A DNA stretch of 64,000 bases from an uncultured Pseudomonadales bacterium (GTDB lineage Bacteria > Pseudomonadota > Gammaproteobacteria > Pseudomonadales > Porticoccaceae). The translations under genes were made by a program, and so were the position numbers. Position 1 is the first letter of the stretch. Each line of letters begins with the position of its first letter. The notes under the pieces were generated by a model. That model did no database searches, was not told the origin of the DNA, and saw only the letters and a list, made by a program, of their open reading frames with translations. Location: NCBI GenBank assembly GCA_963968025.1, contig CAXAFJ010000001.1, positions 7,428 through 71,427 on the forward strand, given 5' to 3'. Below are positions 1 to 9,044 of this stretch, piece by piece.

Positions 1-1
1 G

Positions 2-247
2 CGGATCAAATCTATGCGCACATTGCTGGCTGACAGCATTCAGGACAATGCCGCGGGAATGGACTTCAGTCATATCAAACGCCAGAACGGCATGTTCTCA
101 TTCTTGGGTATTGCGCCACAGCATTTGGTCCGTCTGAGAGAAGAGTTTGGTATCTATATTGTCTCGTCAACGCGGATTAACTTGGCGGGAATTAACACGA
201 GCAATATTGCTTATCTGGCTGAGTCGATTCGCACCGTACTCAAATAG
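2..247 (+). CDS. Aromatic amino acid/aspartate aminotransferase (AspC/TyrB family), C-terminal part; 5' end outside window
   Basis: RIKSMR...RQNGMFSFLG...GIYIVSSTRINLAG matches the class I aminotransferase C-terminus; frame is open from position 2. Confidence 0.85.
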   Translation, partial: RIKSMRTLLADSIQDNAAGMDFSHIKRQNGMFSFLGIAPQHLVRLREEFGIYIVSSTRINLAGINTSNIAYLAESIRTVLK

Positions 248-255
248 AGATACTG

Positions 256-765
256 TTATCTCTGAAGTTGCTGCAGCACCGAGTCTAGGCTCTGCTGCAG
301 TGACTGCTGATCGCAGTCAATTCTGATATCCCCATACTTTTTATACAGCGCACAGCGTTCATAGAACAGTGATTCAAGGCTCTGGTTGGGTTGTCGGGCA
401 ATGCCCCGGGCGTCGAAGTTGCCGATGCGCTTGCGCAACTGCTCTAGTGGCACATCGAGAAATACAACGCTGGCGGTTTGCTTTAAGCGCGCCATGCCCG
501 CCGCTGAATAAACCGCGCTGCCGCCAGTGGCCACAACCTTTCCTGCAATATCTTCGCTTAATAGAACCTGTTCTTCGATCTCGCGTAGATGAAGATAATC
601 GTTCTCGTCGAGAATTTCCTGCAGAGTGCAACCTTCGCGCACCTGAATGGCGATATCGGTGTCGACAAAATCCAGGCCCAGCTCTTTGGCTAGGAGTATG
701 CCGAGGGTGCTTTTTCCGGCGCCGGGCATCCCGATAAGAACGATGCTGTTGTGGTTGTTTGGCAT
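256..765 (-). CDS. aroK: Shikimate kinase
   Basis: Walker A LIGMPGAGKST, DTD motif, VATGGS motif, 169 aa. Confidence 0.9.
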   Translation of the reverse strand: MPNNHNSIVLIGMPGAGKSTLGILLAKELGLDFVDTDIAIQVREGCTLQEILDENDYLHLREIEEQVLLSEDIAGKVVATGGSAVYSAAGMARLKQTASVVFLDVPLEQLRKRIGNFDARGIARQPNQSLESLFYERCALYKKYGDIRIDCDQQSLQQSLDSVLQQLQR

Positions 766-791
766 ATTTTTTTTATGTCGTTGGTTATGTT

Positions 792-851
792 GTGTTGGTT
801 GTGTTGGATTGTGTCGGGTTGGATTGCGTCGTGTTAGATTGTGCTGTGTTT
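792..851. repeat. Degenerate 15-bp G/T-rich tandem repeat upstream of aroK
   Basis: gattgtgtcgggttg (807-821), gattgcgtcgtgtta (822-836), gattgtgctgtgttt (837-851). Confidence 0.7.
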
Positions 852-858
852 GTAGTTT

Positions 859-893
859 GAGATCCCTCGTCGCTGCGCTCTGTCGGGATGACA
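859..893 (-). repeat. REP-like palindromic element, subtype A
   Basis: Reverse complement is TGTCATCCCGACAGAGCGCAGCGACGAGGGATCTC, identical to 13952-13986. Confidence 0.9.
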
Positions 894-918
894 GGGTTAG
901 GGTGTCGCAAATCCCAAC

Positions 919-1695
919 TCATTTTTTACGCCGCTTGCGAGCCAAATGATCAAACAGCGCAATATACTGCCCAGTCAGCTTATGAGAGGGTGCGTAATAA
1001 ATCAGCGGCACGCACTCATTGTGTGACTCTTTCATCTTCACCGACTGATTAAGATAGGTCGGGATCACCGGCAGCTTCTCTTTCTTCATTTCCGTGATCA
1101 ATCTTGTCGGCAACGACGCCGTGGGCTGGAACTGATTCACCACAATACCGCCAACACTGAGGCCCTCATTATGATCCTCACGAATCTCATAGATCACATC
1201 GAGAATCGAGTAGAGCGCCTGCCTAGAAAAAGCATCGCAGTCAAAGGGAATTAGCACAGAGTCCCCGGCTATTAGGGCCGAGCGAGTATAAAAATTCAGC
1301 GCCGGCGCTGTGTCTATATAGATTTCGTCAAACTCACTGTCGAGCTTATTTAACAGATCGCGCAGCTTGTAGATCTTCTGCCGTGACTCAAGTTTGTGCT
1401 CAAGAGCCAGCAGATTGACGCTGGAGGGCAGTACAAATAGGTTTTCATAGGGCGTTGCATGGACATAGTCGAGTGGTTCATTGAGCTTCGATGAGAACTC
1501 CAGGGTGCCATCAAAATAGTCGGCTACGGTGTTCTTTTCAGGGCTGTCACCGAGCAGGTAATGGGTAGAATTACACTGTGAGTCCAGGTCTACAACCAGA
1601 GTGCGTTTGCCCCTCGAGGCGCTAATGGCTGCCAGATTACAGGTGATACTCGATTTGCCGACTCCGCCTTTCTCATTGAAAATAACTCTGCGCAT
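919..1695 (-). CDS. ParA/Soj family ATPase (no adjacent ParB)
   Basis: Deviant Walker A KGGVGKS, VVDLDSQCN, IDTAP motifs. Confidence 0.9.
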   Translation of the reverse strand: MRRVIFNEKGGVGKSSITCNLAAISASRGKRTLVVDLDSQCNSTHYLLGDSPEKNTVADYFDGTLEFSSKLNEPLDYVHATPYENLFVLPSSVNLLALEHKLESRQKIYKLRDLLNKLDSEFDEIYIDTAPALNFYTRSALIAGDSVLIPFDCDAFSRQALYSILDVIYEIREDHNEGLSVGGIVVNQFQPTASLPTRLITEMKKEKLPVIPTYLNQSVKMKESHNECVPLIYYAPSHKLTGQYIALFDHLARKRRKK

Positions 1696-1786
1696 TTACT
1701 TCACTCCATTGTTTTACAACTTGGTCTGATTCTACCCAATCTCTGCGCTAAAGCGTTAGTGCTGAGCGGGCGAAATGAGTGATTAA

Positions 1787-3514
1787 TTAACTACTGGGGT
1801 AGAGCGGCTTTAGCTCAACGTTGGCTGATGTTTGATTCTTGCTCTTCGGCACGATCGCATTGCGCACTAAACTGACCAGTAACTTCAGGTCCGGTTGTTG
1901 CTCTGTGTTGTTGTACAAGGCCTGATCAAGCAGATCAAACTGCTGCTGTAACTGGACATCGTCGAGAAGTGATGCGATCTCAGCCAGGGTTTTAATCTTC
2001 TGTTGGGGGAAAATACAGCGACCCCAGGCGAGCAGACTATCACGCAGTGGGGCCAGATCAGATTTCCAGGCAGCCCGTTCAATATTGGTGAGCAGCTGTT
2101 TTAACTCGAGACGGGCGCTGTTCAGACCGGACAAATCTGTGCGTGGCGCTGGAGTAGATGATCGGCGCAGCCAGACAATTGACAACAACGCCGCGAGTAG
2201 TAGATTGCTGATCAGGGATATCTGCAATAACCGCGACGAACGAAGCTCTTCAATCAAGGACTTTGGCGCCACTGGAACAGTCTCTTGAGACAGTCTATTT
2301 ACCTGAGCCGCAGTGGCTAGTGCGCTGCTATAGGGATTGATTTTACTCACCTCGGCAGCAGCCACCTGCAGGGTCACTGGATCGAGCTTGGCGGTCTGCA
2401 TGCGCTGTTTGCGGCTGTTCCACCAGCGCACAGTGACTGCTGGTAGAGTGATCTCTCCCGGGCGATTGGGTACTAGGGCAAAGGATTCACGGCGAATACC
2501 GGTTACCCCTGAGGCATCGGCGTTGTCGTCGAGTTGGGGCTGGTCGGGATAGATTTTATAGTCGTCACTTTCGCTAAATGACAGTGGCATAATCTGTGCG
2601 CCGGTTAAGCCCTTGGCGGTGATGCTAATAGTGCGAGTTAGCGGCTCGCCAACTTTGAGCTGGTCCAGTGGGCTGCTCCACTGCTGATTTAAGCTGATAC
2701 TGCTGGCTGGCATCCAGTTGTCCAGATCAATATTGGCAGGTCTTGCCATAACATCGATGGTTTTGGCATCGGTGCTGCGAACAATGCGATTGCCTCTGTT
2801 GCTAAATCCACCGTAGCGACTATTGCTCGTTTCATAGGCAAAAAAGCGCAGCGCCGGAATTTGCAGTTTGCCGCTGGCCTGAGGGAAGAGGGCGTAGATG
2901 ATTTCAACTACCTGATAGTTTTTGCCACCAATATTCTTCTGGAATTGAGTCTCGGAGACCTTCTGCACAACCGCATCATCAACCTGTAGCGGGTCGAGTC
3001 CCAGGTCGCTAAGTCGCACCGAGGTATAGAGTCTGTGTGTGAGCAGCAGCTGCTCCTGAGTATAGAGCTCAGATTTATCCACGAGGGTTTCGGTATACAC
3101 CGGCTGCCCGGCTGCCGAGGCGGCGGTGGCTTTGCGCACGGTGATTTCAATGGCGTTACTGATATCTTTTTTATACTTGATCGAGGGCACTAATAAGCGG
3201 CCAGTGCGCTTGGGGGCGAGCAGTAAATTCCAGTCGGTATAGGACTGGGTCTGGCCATTGACCCGGGAATACTGCTGTTGGCGACTGGTGGAGAGGATCT
3301 CGAAATCGCTCTCGATCACGGTGAAGTCCGGCTCGCCGATTAAGGCCTGGGAGTCTAGGCGCACTAATAGCTGCAATGTTTCATTGCTGTCGATAATGGT
3401 GCGGTCGGCGGTGGCCGTCAGGGTTGCCCAACTGTGGCTACAGGCCAGTGCGAAAGTGGCCGCAAGGGTGATGAAGTAGAGGCGTTTAAGCAGGGTTTTT
3501 GTCATATTAATCAT
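1787..3514 (-). CDS. BatD family protein
   Basis: Signal peptide, YPDQP and LPAVTVRWWN segments, one late TM helix; last gene of the MoxR/VWA operon. Confidence 0.8.
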   Translation of the reverse strand: MINMTKTLLKRLYFITLAATFALACSHSWATLTATADRTIIDSNETLQLLVRLDSQALIGEPDFTVIESDFEILSTSRQQQYSRVNGQTQSYTDWNLLLAPKRTGRLLVPSIKYKKDISNAIEITVRKATAASAAGQPVYTETLVDKSELYTQEQLLLTHRLYTSVRLSDLGLDPLQVDDAVVQKVSETQFQKNIGGKNYQVVEIIYALFPQASGKLQIPALRFFAYETSNSRYGGFSNRGNRIVRSTDAKTIDVMARPANIDLDNWMPASSISLNQQWSSPLDQLKVGEPLTRTISITAKGLTGAQIMPLSFSESDDYKIYPDQPQLDDNADASGVTGIRRESFALVPNRPGEITLPAVTVRWWNSRKQRMQTAKLDPVTLQVAAAEVSKINPYSSALATAAQVNRLSQETVPVAPKSLIEELRSSRLLQISLISNLLLAALLSIVWLRRSSTPAPRTDLSGLNSARLELKQLLTNIERAAWKSDLAPLRDSLLAWGRCIFPQQKIKTLAEIASLLDDVQLQQQFDLLDQALYNNTEQQPDLKLLVSLVRNAIVPKSKNQTSANVELKPLYPSS

Positions 3515-3516
3515 TA

Positions 3517-5409
3517 CTACCAGCGCTCTTGCTGTTCGTTATTGGGAGGTACTGGGCGACGTCGCTCAAGAGCGCGCTGCCGAGATTGATAGCGGAATTT
3601 TTCCCGCAATAAGCCACCTGGATCATCGGGAACACGGCGCAGCCACTGCTCCAACTCTTGCTGAGCCTGCTTTTCGGCGTCGCTTTCTTCTGTAGAGGGC
3701 TCTTTATTAGAGAGCTCTTCATTAGAGGACTCTTCAGTAGACTCAGCCGCATTCTGCTCTTGTTCCTGTGCCTCTTGTTCCTTGCGCTGCTCTTCTTGCT
3801 CGCGCTGCCGCTCTTCTTCGGACTTCTGCTCTTCAGACTCTTCTGGTTCGCCTTGTTTCGATTCGGGTTGTTGATCGGCCGAATCCTGCTGATCAGACTG
3901 CTGTTGATCCTGTGGCGCTGAATCCGAATCTTGTGATTGAGAGCCCTGATCCTGTGACTCTGATTTTTCAGATTCCGAATTCTCGGAATTCTCGGAATTC
4001 TCAGAGTCCTGCTGTTCTTGTTGCTCCTGCTGTTGCTTGAGCTGCTCAAGCAATTCTTTATTAGCCTGCGCATCCTCCATCTTAGGATCCAGTGCCAGAG
4101 ACTGATTATAGGCTTCGATCGCCCCATCGAGATCTCCCGAATGGGCCAGGGCATTGCCGCGATTATAGTGGCTGTCGACAGTGTCGATATCCAGATAGTC
4201 AGCTATTGCGGACTCATAGTCTCCTGCTTTATAGGCGGCACTGCCACGCCATTGGCGATCTTTAAACAGTGTCTGTGCGGTTGCTGCATCACCGTTGATC
4301 AGGGCGTCACTGGCCTGCTGGTCAGCGGTCTTCCATAGATCCTGCCAGCTAAGGGCCGAGGCGGGGTCGGAAAACACCATTGGCAGCAATAGAATCACGG
4401 CAATATTACCTTTGCGGAAACTGAGAAGAATGATCGGCAGCAATAAAAACGCCAGCCAAAAACCCTGATCGTCCCAGAGGTCAAAGGCGCGTTCTAACTC
4501 TTTGGTGGCATCCGGAAATAACGCTTCAGTGCTGGCCAATAGGGCTTCAACATCCGAATCATCGCCACTCATGCCTGCATAGATACCGCCATTATTTTGC
4601 GCCAGTATTTGCAGCGACGCGGGGGATAATTTGGCAATAATAATGGCGCCATTGCGATCTTTGGCAAAGCCACTGGCACCGTTGGGAATCGGTGCCCCCT
4701 GTTCAGTGCCCACACCCAATATAGAGAGTCTGAATTTACCGGCATTGGAGATCATCGATTGAATACTATCAAAGGCCGAGGGTGATACCCCATCGGTAAT
4801 CAACAGCAGGTCACCTTGCTGGTAGCCACCATTAACCGCCAGTTCCAGAGCTGTTTCGATGGCTTCTTCAGTATTGCTGCCGTACTCCGGCAGCAGCGCC
4901 GGTTGCAGCACTGGCACCAGGCTGATGATGGTATTGCTGTCCTCGGTTAGCGGCGTCAGTGTATAAGCCGCACCGCCGTAGACCACCAGTGCGCTAAAGC
5001 CTTCACTGCGACTCTTGAGAATATCAATTAATTTAAAGCGCGCCCGTTCCAAACGGCTTGGTTTGATATCTTCGGCAAGCATCGACGGCGATAGATCCAT
5101 AATCAAAATCAGTGCTGCATCTTTTTTATGTACCGGCTGCGGCAGTTGCTGCCAACTTGGACCGGCTAGGGCCAAACAGGTAATAATCCAGGCCAGTAGT
5201 ACCCACAGCATGCCCCGTTGTTTTTTACTGGTGTCGCCCTGCATTAAATAGGGCAGCAGGGCCGGATTGATGATTTTTTCCCAGTTGCCGGCGCTGCGTT
5301 TGCGCCACTGGGCTAGGGCTACTGCAATCAGTGCTGGAATTAGACCCAACAGTGCCAGTGGCCGCAGCAGGTGCAGTTGACTGAAGTCGCTATTTAAAAA
5401 CTCAAGCAT
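3517..5409 (-). CDS. VWA domain + TPR protein (BatB/BatC-like) with Q/E/S-rich linker
   Basis: MIDAS DLSPSM, RLERAR, LITDG; TPR YNRGNALA; C-terminal EQWLRRVPDDPGGLLREKF. Confidence 0.85.
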   Translation of the reverse strand: MLEFLNSDFSQLHLLRPLALLGLIPALIAVALAQWRKRSAGNWEKIINPALLPYLMQGDTSKKQRGMLWVLLAWIITCLALAGPSWQQLPQPVHKKDAALILIMDLSPSMLAEDIKPSRLERARFKLIDILKSRSEGFSALVVYGGAAYTLTPLTEDSNTIISLVPVLQPALLPEYGSNTEEAIETALELAVNGGYQQGDLLLITDGVSPSAFDSIQSMISNAGKFRLSILGVGTEQGAPIPNGASGFAKDRNGAIIIAKLSPASLQILAQNNGGIYAGMSGDDSDVEALLASTEALFPDATKELERAFDLWDDQGFWLAFLLLPIILLSFRKGNIAVILLLPMVFSDPASALSWQDLWKTADQQASDALINGDAATAQTLFKDRQWRGSAAYKAGDYESAIADYLDIDTVDSHYNRGNALAHSGDLDGAIEAYNQSLALDPKMEDAQANKELLEQLKQQQEQQEQQDSENSENSENSESEKSESQDQGSQSQDSDSAPQDQQQSDQQDSADQQPESKQGEPEESEEQKSEEERQREQEEQRKEQEAQEQEQNAAESTEESSNEELSNKEPSTEESDAEKQAQQELEQWLRRVPDDPGGLLREKFRYQSRQRALERRRPVPPNNEQQERW

Positions 5410-6430
5410 TGGGCTTCCTATTTTGCTCCCTATCGTGTTCCCTATTGTGCTTCCTCGGGCTACCTATAAGACCGATCAGCAAGCTGAGAATAAAAGCCAA
5501 TGCCAGGGGCCAGTGATAGAGGGCGGCAATCGGTCGAATCATCTCGGCGTCTTGTTCAATGGGTTCGAGGCGGTTGAGCTCGTCATAAATAGCCACCAAC
5601 TCTTCAGGGTTGCGTGCACGAAAATACAGCCCGCCGGTGGCATCGGCAATGGCACTCAAGGTCCTCTCATCGAGATCCGCTGAGGGATTGGTGACCCGTT
5701 TGCCAAACAGTCCCCAGGCCTCTTGGGTTTCGGCGCCGACACCGATGGTATAAATTTTCACCTTGGCGCGACTGGCCAGTTCGGCGGCTTTTAAGGGTTC
5801 TAGTTCGCCAGCATTGTTGGCGCCATCCGTGAGTAAGATTACTACACGGTGATTCTCCGGACGCTGTTGCAGGCGTTTTACCGAGAGCCCAATAGCATCG
5901 CCAATGGCGGTGCCATTACCGGCAAAACCCAGCTGTGCCTCGTAGAGTAAAGTCTGCATGGTTTTGCGATCAAAGGTCAGGGGTGTCTGCAGATAGGCCT
6001 TTTCGCCAAATAGGATCAGGCCCAGACGATCGCCCTCGCGCTCGGCGACAAATTTGCCTACCACCGCTTTCACTGCCATCAGCCGATTGACTGTGCGACC
6101 GCCCAGTTGCATATCTTCGCGGTCCATACTGCCAGAGATATCCACCGCCAATAAAATATCTCGGCCGCTGGTGGGCAGGGATATCGGATCACCAATCCAT
6201 ACCGGGCGGGCGATGGCCAGTAAGGCGCAGAGCCAGATAATCGCTAGCATCAATAACAGTAATGACTTGCGCCAGGTTACTGTGGTCCCAGAACTGTTGG
6301 TGCCCGCTGCGTTGGCCAGTAGCGGCGCGCGCAGAGCACGCATGCGCACCTCGGCGGGCTTGCGCAACCAGCGATAGAGCAGCGGCAGCGGTGCTAGTGC
6401 TAGGGCCCAGGGCCAGATCAGTTCTAACAT
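5402..6430 (-). CDS. VWA domain protein (BatA-like)
   Basis: GRDILLAVDISGSM, TAIGDAIG, LLTDGANNAG. Confidence 0.9.
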   Translation of the reverse strand: MLELIWPWALALAPLPLLYRWLRKPAEVRMRALRAPLLANAAGTNSSGTTVTWRKSLLLLMLAIIWLCALLAIARPVWIGDPISLPTSGRDILLAVDISGSMDREDMQLGGRTVNRLMAVKAVVGKFVAEREGDRLGLILFGEKAYLQTPLTFDRKTMQTLLYEAQLGFAGNGTAIGDAIGLSVKRLQQRPENHRVVILLTDGANNAGELEPLKAAELASRAKVKIYTIGVGAETQEAWGLFGKRVTNPSADLDERTLSAIADATGGLYFRARNPEELVAIYDELNRLEPIEQDAEMIRPIAALYHWPLALAFILSLLIGLIGSPRKHNREHDREQNRKPNA

Positions 6431-6948
6431 GGGTCGCCCAACTCGAGCTTATCGTCGGTTGTATGGTCTTTGATCCATGTGCTGGCATCTTCAAATAAGC
6501 TTTCAAGATTCGCACTCTGCTCGCCGGTTTGTTGAGCGTAGAGCAGGCTTTGCAGTTCGAGCTTCGACTGGCCAAACACTGCTTTTTCACAGCTAAAGCG
6601 CAAAAAATCGACAAAGGGCTCGATGGCCAAGCTGCTTGGTTGGCGATTGGGGTAGGCGCAGTTGGCCGTCTGCTTTAATACTACAAACAGCGCCCGCAGC
6701 TGTTCTTGGGCATCCGTACCGGTCTGTAACTGCTGCAGTTGCACCAGTGCCTGACGGCGATAGTGCTTGGCCTGGTAACGGCGATAAAGAGACCTTAGCA
6801 ACCAGGCGAGTAGAGCACAGCTGGCTAGGGCCAAAATCCACCAGCCTGGTGCTGGCGGCCACCAAGATATCGCCTCTGGCAGATGTATATCCCGCAGTTG
6901 ATCCAGTGGGTTGGGCGGCGGTGCTTGAAGGTTAGAATTGTTGGCCAT
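6424..6948 (-). CDS. DUF4381 family protein
   Basis: LRDIHLPEAISWWPPAPGWW motif, operon position. Confidence 0.85.
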   Translation of the reverse strand: MANNSNLQAPPPNPLDQLRDIHLPEAISWWPPAPGWWILALASCALLAWLLRSLYRRYQAKHYRRQALVQLQQLQTGTDAQEQLRALFVVLKQTANCAYPNRQPSSLAIEPFVDFLRFSCEKAVFGQSKLELQSLLYAQQTGEQSANLESLFEDASTWIKDHTTDDKLELGDPC

Positions 6949-7889
6949 TAGCGGCGTCGCCCTTTGCGGCGTTTGCCATAGGCTTGCGCTAGCACCGACA
7001 TAACCGACTCAGCACTGTTAAACGGTAACAGCCCAGCAGAGAGCTGTTGACTAACCCGCTTAAGTTTTTGGCTGCGATCGATAAAGGCCTGTTCAAATGC
7101 ACTGCGCAGTTTATTGTCGCCGGTATTCAGTAGTGTTTGCTGCTCGCCGTCGCTCACTGCGTAGAGCGCCGCTGGGGGCAGTTCAGTTTCAATGGCATCG
7201 AAGACATGGCAGAAGTTGAGATTGCTGTGGCGAGCTAATTCAAACAGCTGGCGCTCGCAGGCATCATCAAAATCATGGAAGTCACTGACAATAAAAACCG
7301 TGGTGCCGGGCAGGGCAAAGCGCCGCGCCTCTTCAAGAATATCGGCGAGACTAAAGTGGTCTGGTGCCGGTTCAAGCAGCTGCATACTAAAGTCCTGCAG
7401 CTGATGGATATATTGCAGCACCGCATGGTGGCTGCGCCGTGATTTCACCTCGGCCTGCTGCTGGGCACCAAATACCAGACCGCCGACCCTGTCGTTGGCG
7501 CTGAGTCCGGCCCAGGCTAGAGCGGCTGAAATTTCACAGGCGACCACAGATTTTAAACGCTGGCTGCCAAAGAACATCGGTCCGCGCAGATCGCAGACTA
7601 CCAGTACAGGTCGCTCACGCTCTTCACGAAAAATCTTAGTGTGGGGAACTTGGGTCTTGGCGGTTACTCGCCAGTCGATGGTGCGCACATCGTCGCCGGG
7701 CTGATAGATACGCACTTCATCGAAGTCCATACCGCGGCCACGAAAGCTTGAACGGTGTCCGCCGGCCATCATCTGGCGCGCCTGAACCTGAGGAAAACCG
7801 GTTAGTTCACGGGCAGCGTAACGCAGGCGCACCATCTCACTGAGGCTGGCGATGGCGGGATGATTATCCTGTTCTGGGGGTTGATTCAT
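6948..7889 (-). CDS. DUF58 family protein
   Basis: GRGMDFDEVRIYQPGDDVRTIDWRVTA, FREERER. Confidence 0.9.
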   Translation of the reverse strand: MNQPPEQDNHPAIASLSEMVRLRYAARELTGFPQVQARQMMAGGHRSSFRGRGMDFDEVRIYQPGDDVRTIDWRVTAKTQVPHTKIFREERERPVLVVCDLRGPMFFGSQRLKSVVACEISAALAWAGLSANDRVGGLVFGAQQQAEVKSRRSHHAVLQYIHQLQDFSMQLLEPAPDHFSLADILEEARRFALPGTTVFIVSDFHDFDDACERQLFELARHSNLNFCHVFDAIETELPPAALYAVSDGEQQTLLNTGDNKLRSAFEQAFIDRSQKLKRVSQQLSAGLLPFNSAESVMSVLAQAYGKRRKGRRR

Positions 7890-8842
7890 TAGGCTGAGGC
7901 AACAGATTCCAGTAGTGTATCGATCACTTGATTGGCGGTAACGCCGCTGGCCTCGGCTTCAAAACTGAGGATCAATCGGTGACGCAAGACATCGTGGGCT
8001 ACGGCGCGAATATCATCTGGGGTGACAAAGTCGCGGCCCTGAAGCCAGGCCAGTGCGCGGCTACAGCGATCTAGTGCAATGGTTGCTCGAGGGCTGGCGC
8101 CGTAATCGAGCCATTTGGCGAGATCGCCGCCGTAGAGTTTAACGTCTCGGGTGGCGAGAATAAGCTGTACTAAATATTCTTCAACGGGTTCCGCCATATG
8201 CACAGCCAAAGCTTCTTTGCGCGCGGCAAACAATGTTTCCTGAGTCAGTAGTTCAACAGGCTGTGGTGCTTCTTTAAGGGCTTCTCGCCGGGACAGTTCG
8301 AGAATCAGGCGCTCGGTTTTGGGCGCTGGGTAGTCGACCATAATATGCATTAAAAAGCGATCCATCTGCGCTTCGGGCAGCGGGTAAGTGCCTTCCTGTT
8401 CAATCGGGTTCTGGGTTGCCATCACCATAAACATTTCAGGCAAGGGGTAGGTGGTGCCACCCACTGAGACCTGACGCTCGGCCATGGCCTCGAGCAGTGC
8501 CGACTGAACCTTGGCTGGCGCACGGTTGATTTCATCGGCCAGCACTAGATTGTGAAACAGCGGTCCCGCCTGAAATTCAAAGTTGCCCTGTTCGGGGCGA
8601 TAGATATCGCTGCCGGTAATATCTGCTGGCAGCAGATCTGGGGTGAACTGTACGCGCTGAAAATCCCCTTCAATACCCTCGGAAAGCGTCTTGATCGCCT
8701 TGGTCTTGGCCAGGCCGGGAGCCCCTTCAACCAGTAGATGTCCGTCGGCCAACAGGGCGATAATCAAGCGTTCAACAAGTTGTTCTTGACCGACGATCTG
8801 AGTGTTCAGCCAATCTTTGAGTAGATGGATTTTCTGGTGCAA
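7889..8842 (-). CDS. moxR: MoxR family AAA+ ATPase (MRP type)
   Basis: EGAPGLAKT, RVQFTPDLLPADITG, DEINRAPAKVQSALLEAM, ATQNPIEQEGTYPLPEAQMDRF; TTG start. Confidence 0.92.
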   Translation of the reverse strand: MHQKIHLLKDWLNTQIVGQEQLVERLIIALLADGHLLVEGAPGLAKTKAIKTLSEGIEGDFQRVQFTPDLLPADITGSDIYRPEQGNFEFQAGPLFHNLVLADEINRAPAKVQSALLEAMAERQVSVGGTTYPLPEMFMVMATQNPIEQEGTYPLPEAQMDRFLMHIMVDYPAPKTERLILELSRREALKEAPQPVELLTQETLFAARKEALAVHMAEPVEEYLVQLILATRDVKLYGGDLAKWLDYGASPRATIALDRCSRALAWLQGRDFVTPDDIRAVAHDVLRHRLILSFEAEASGVTANQVIDTLLESVASA

Positions 8843-9044
8843 AACTAACCCCTAATAATTGTTGTGAAATAAAACGCGGTGGTCGTATCTAGTGTCTATT
8901 ATTGCAACACAAAAATGACCTTTTTTATATCCGCTAAGTGCGATATATTTATGTATTAGTCAATAGGTCTCACTGCTATGTGTATCTGCAAGCGAATGCA
9001 AAGATTGTAGACTGACAAAACTCAAAAAGGTTTAAAAACTCGAT

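Noticed and set aside
3650-4030. Q/E/S low-complexity linker in the VWA-TPR protein and its antisense ORFs
   Set aside because: Typical of BatB/C-like proteins
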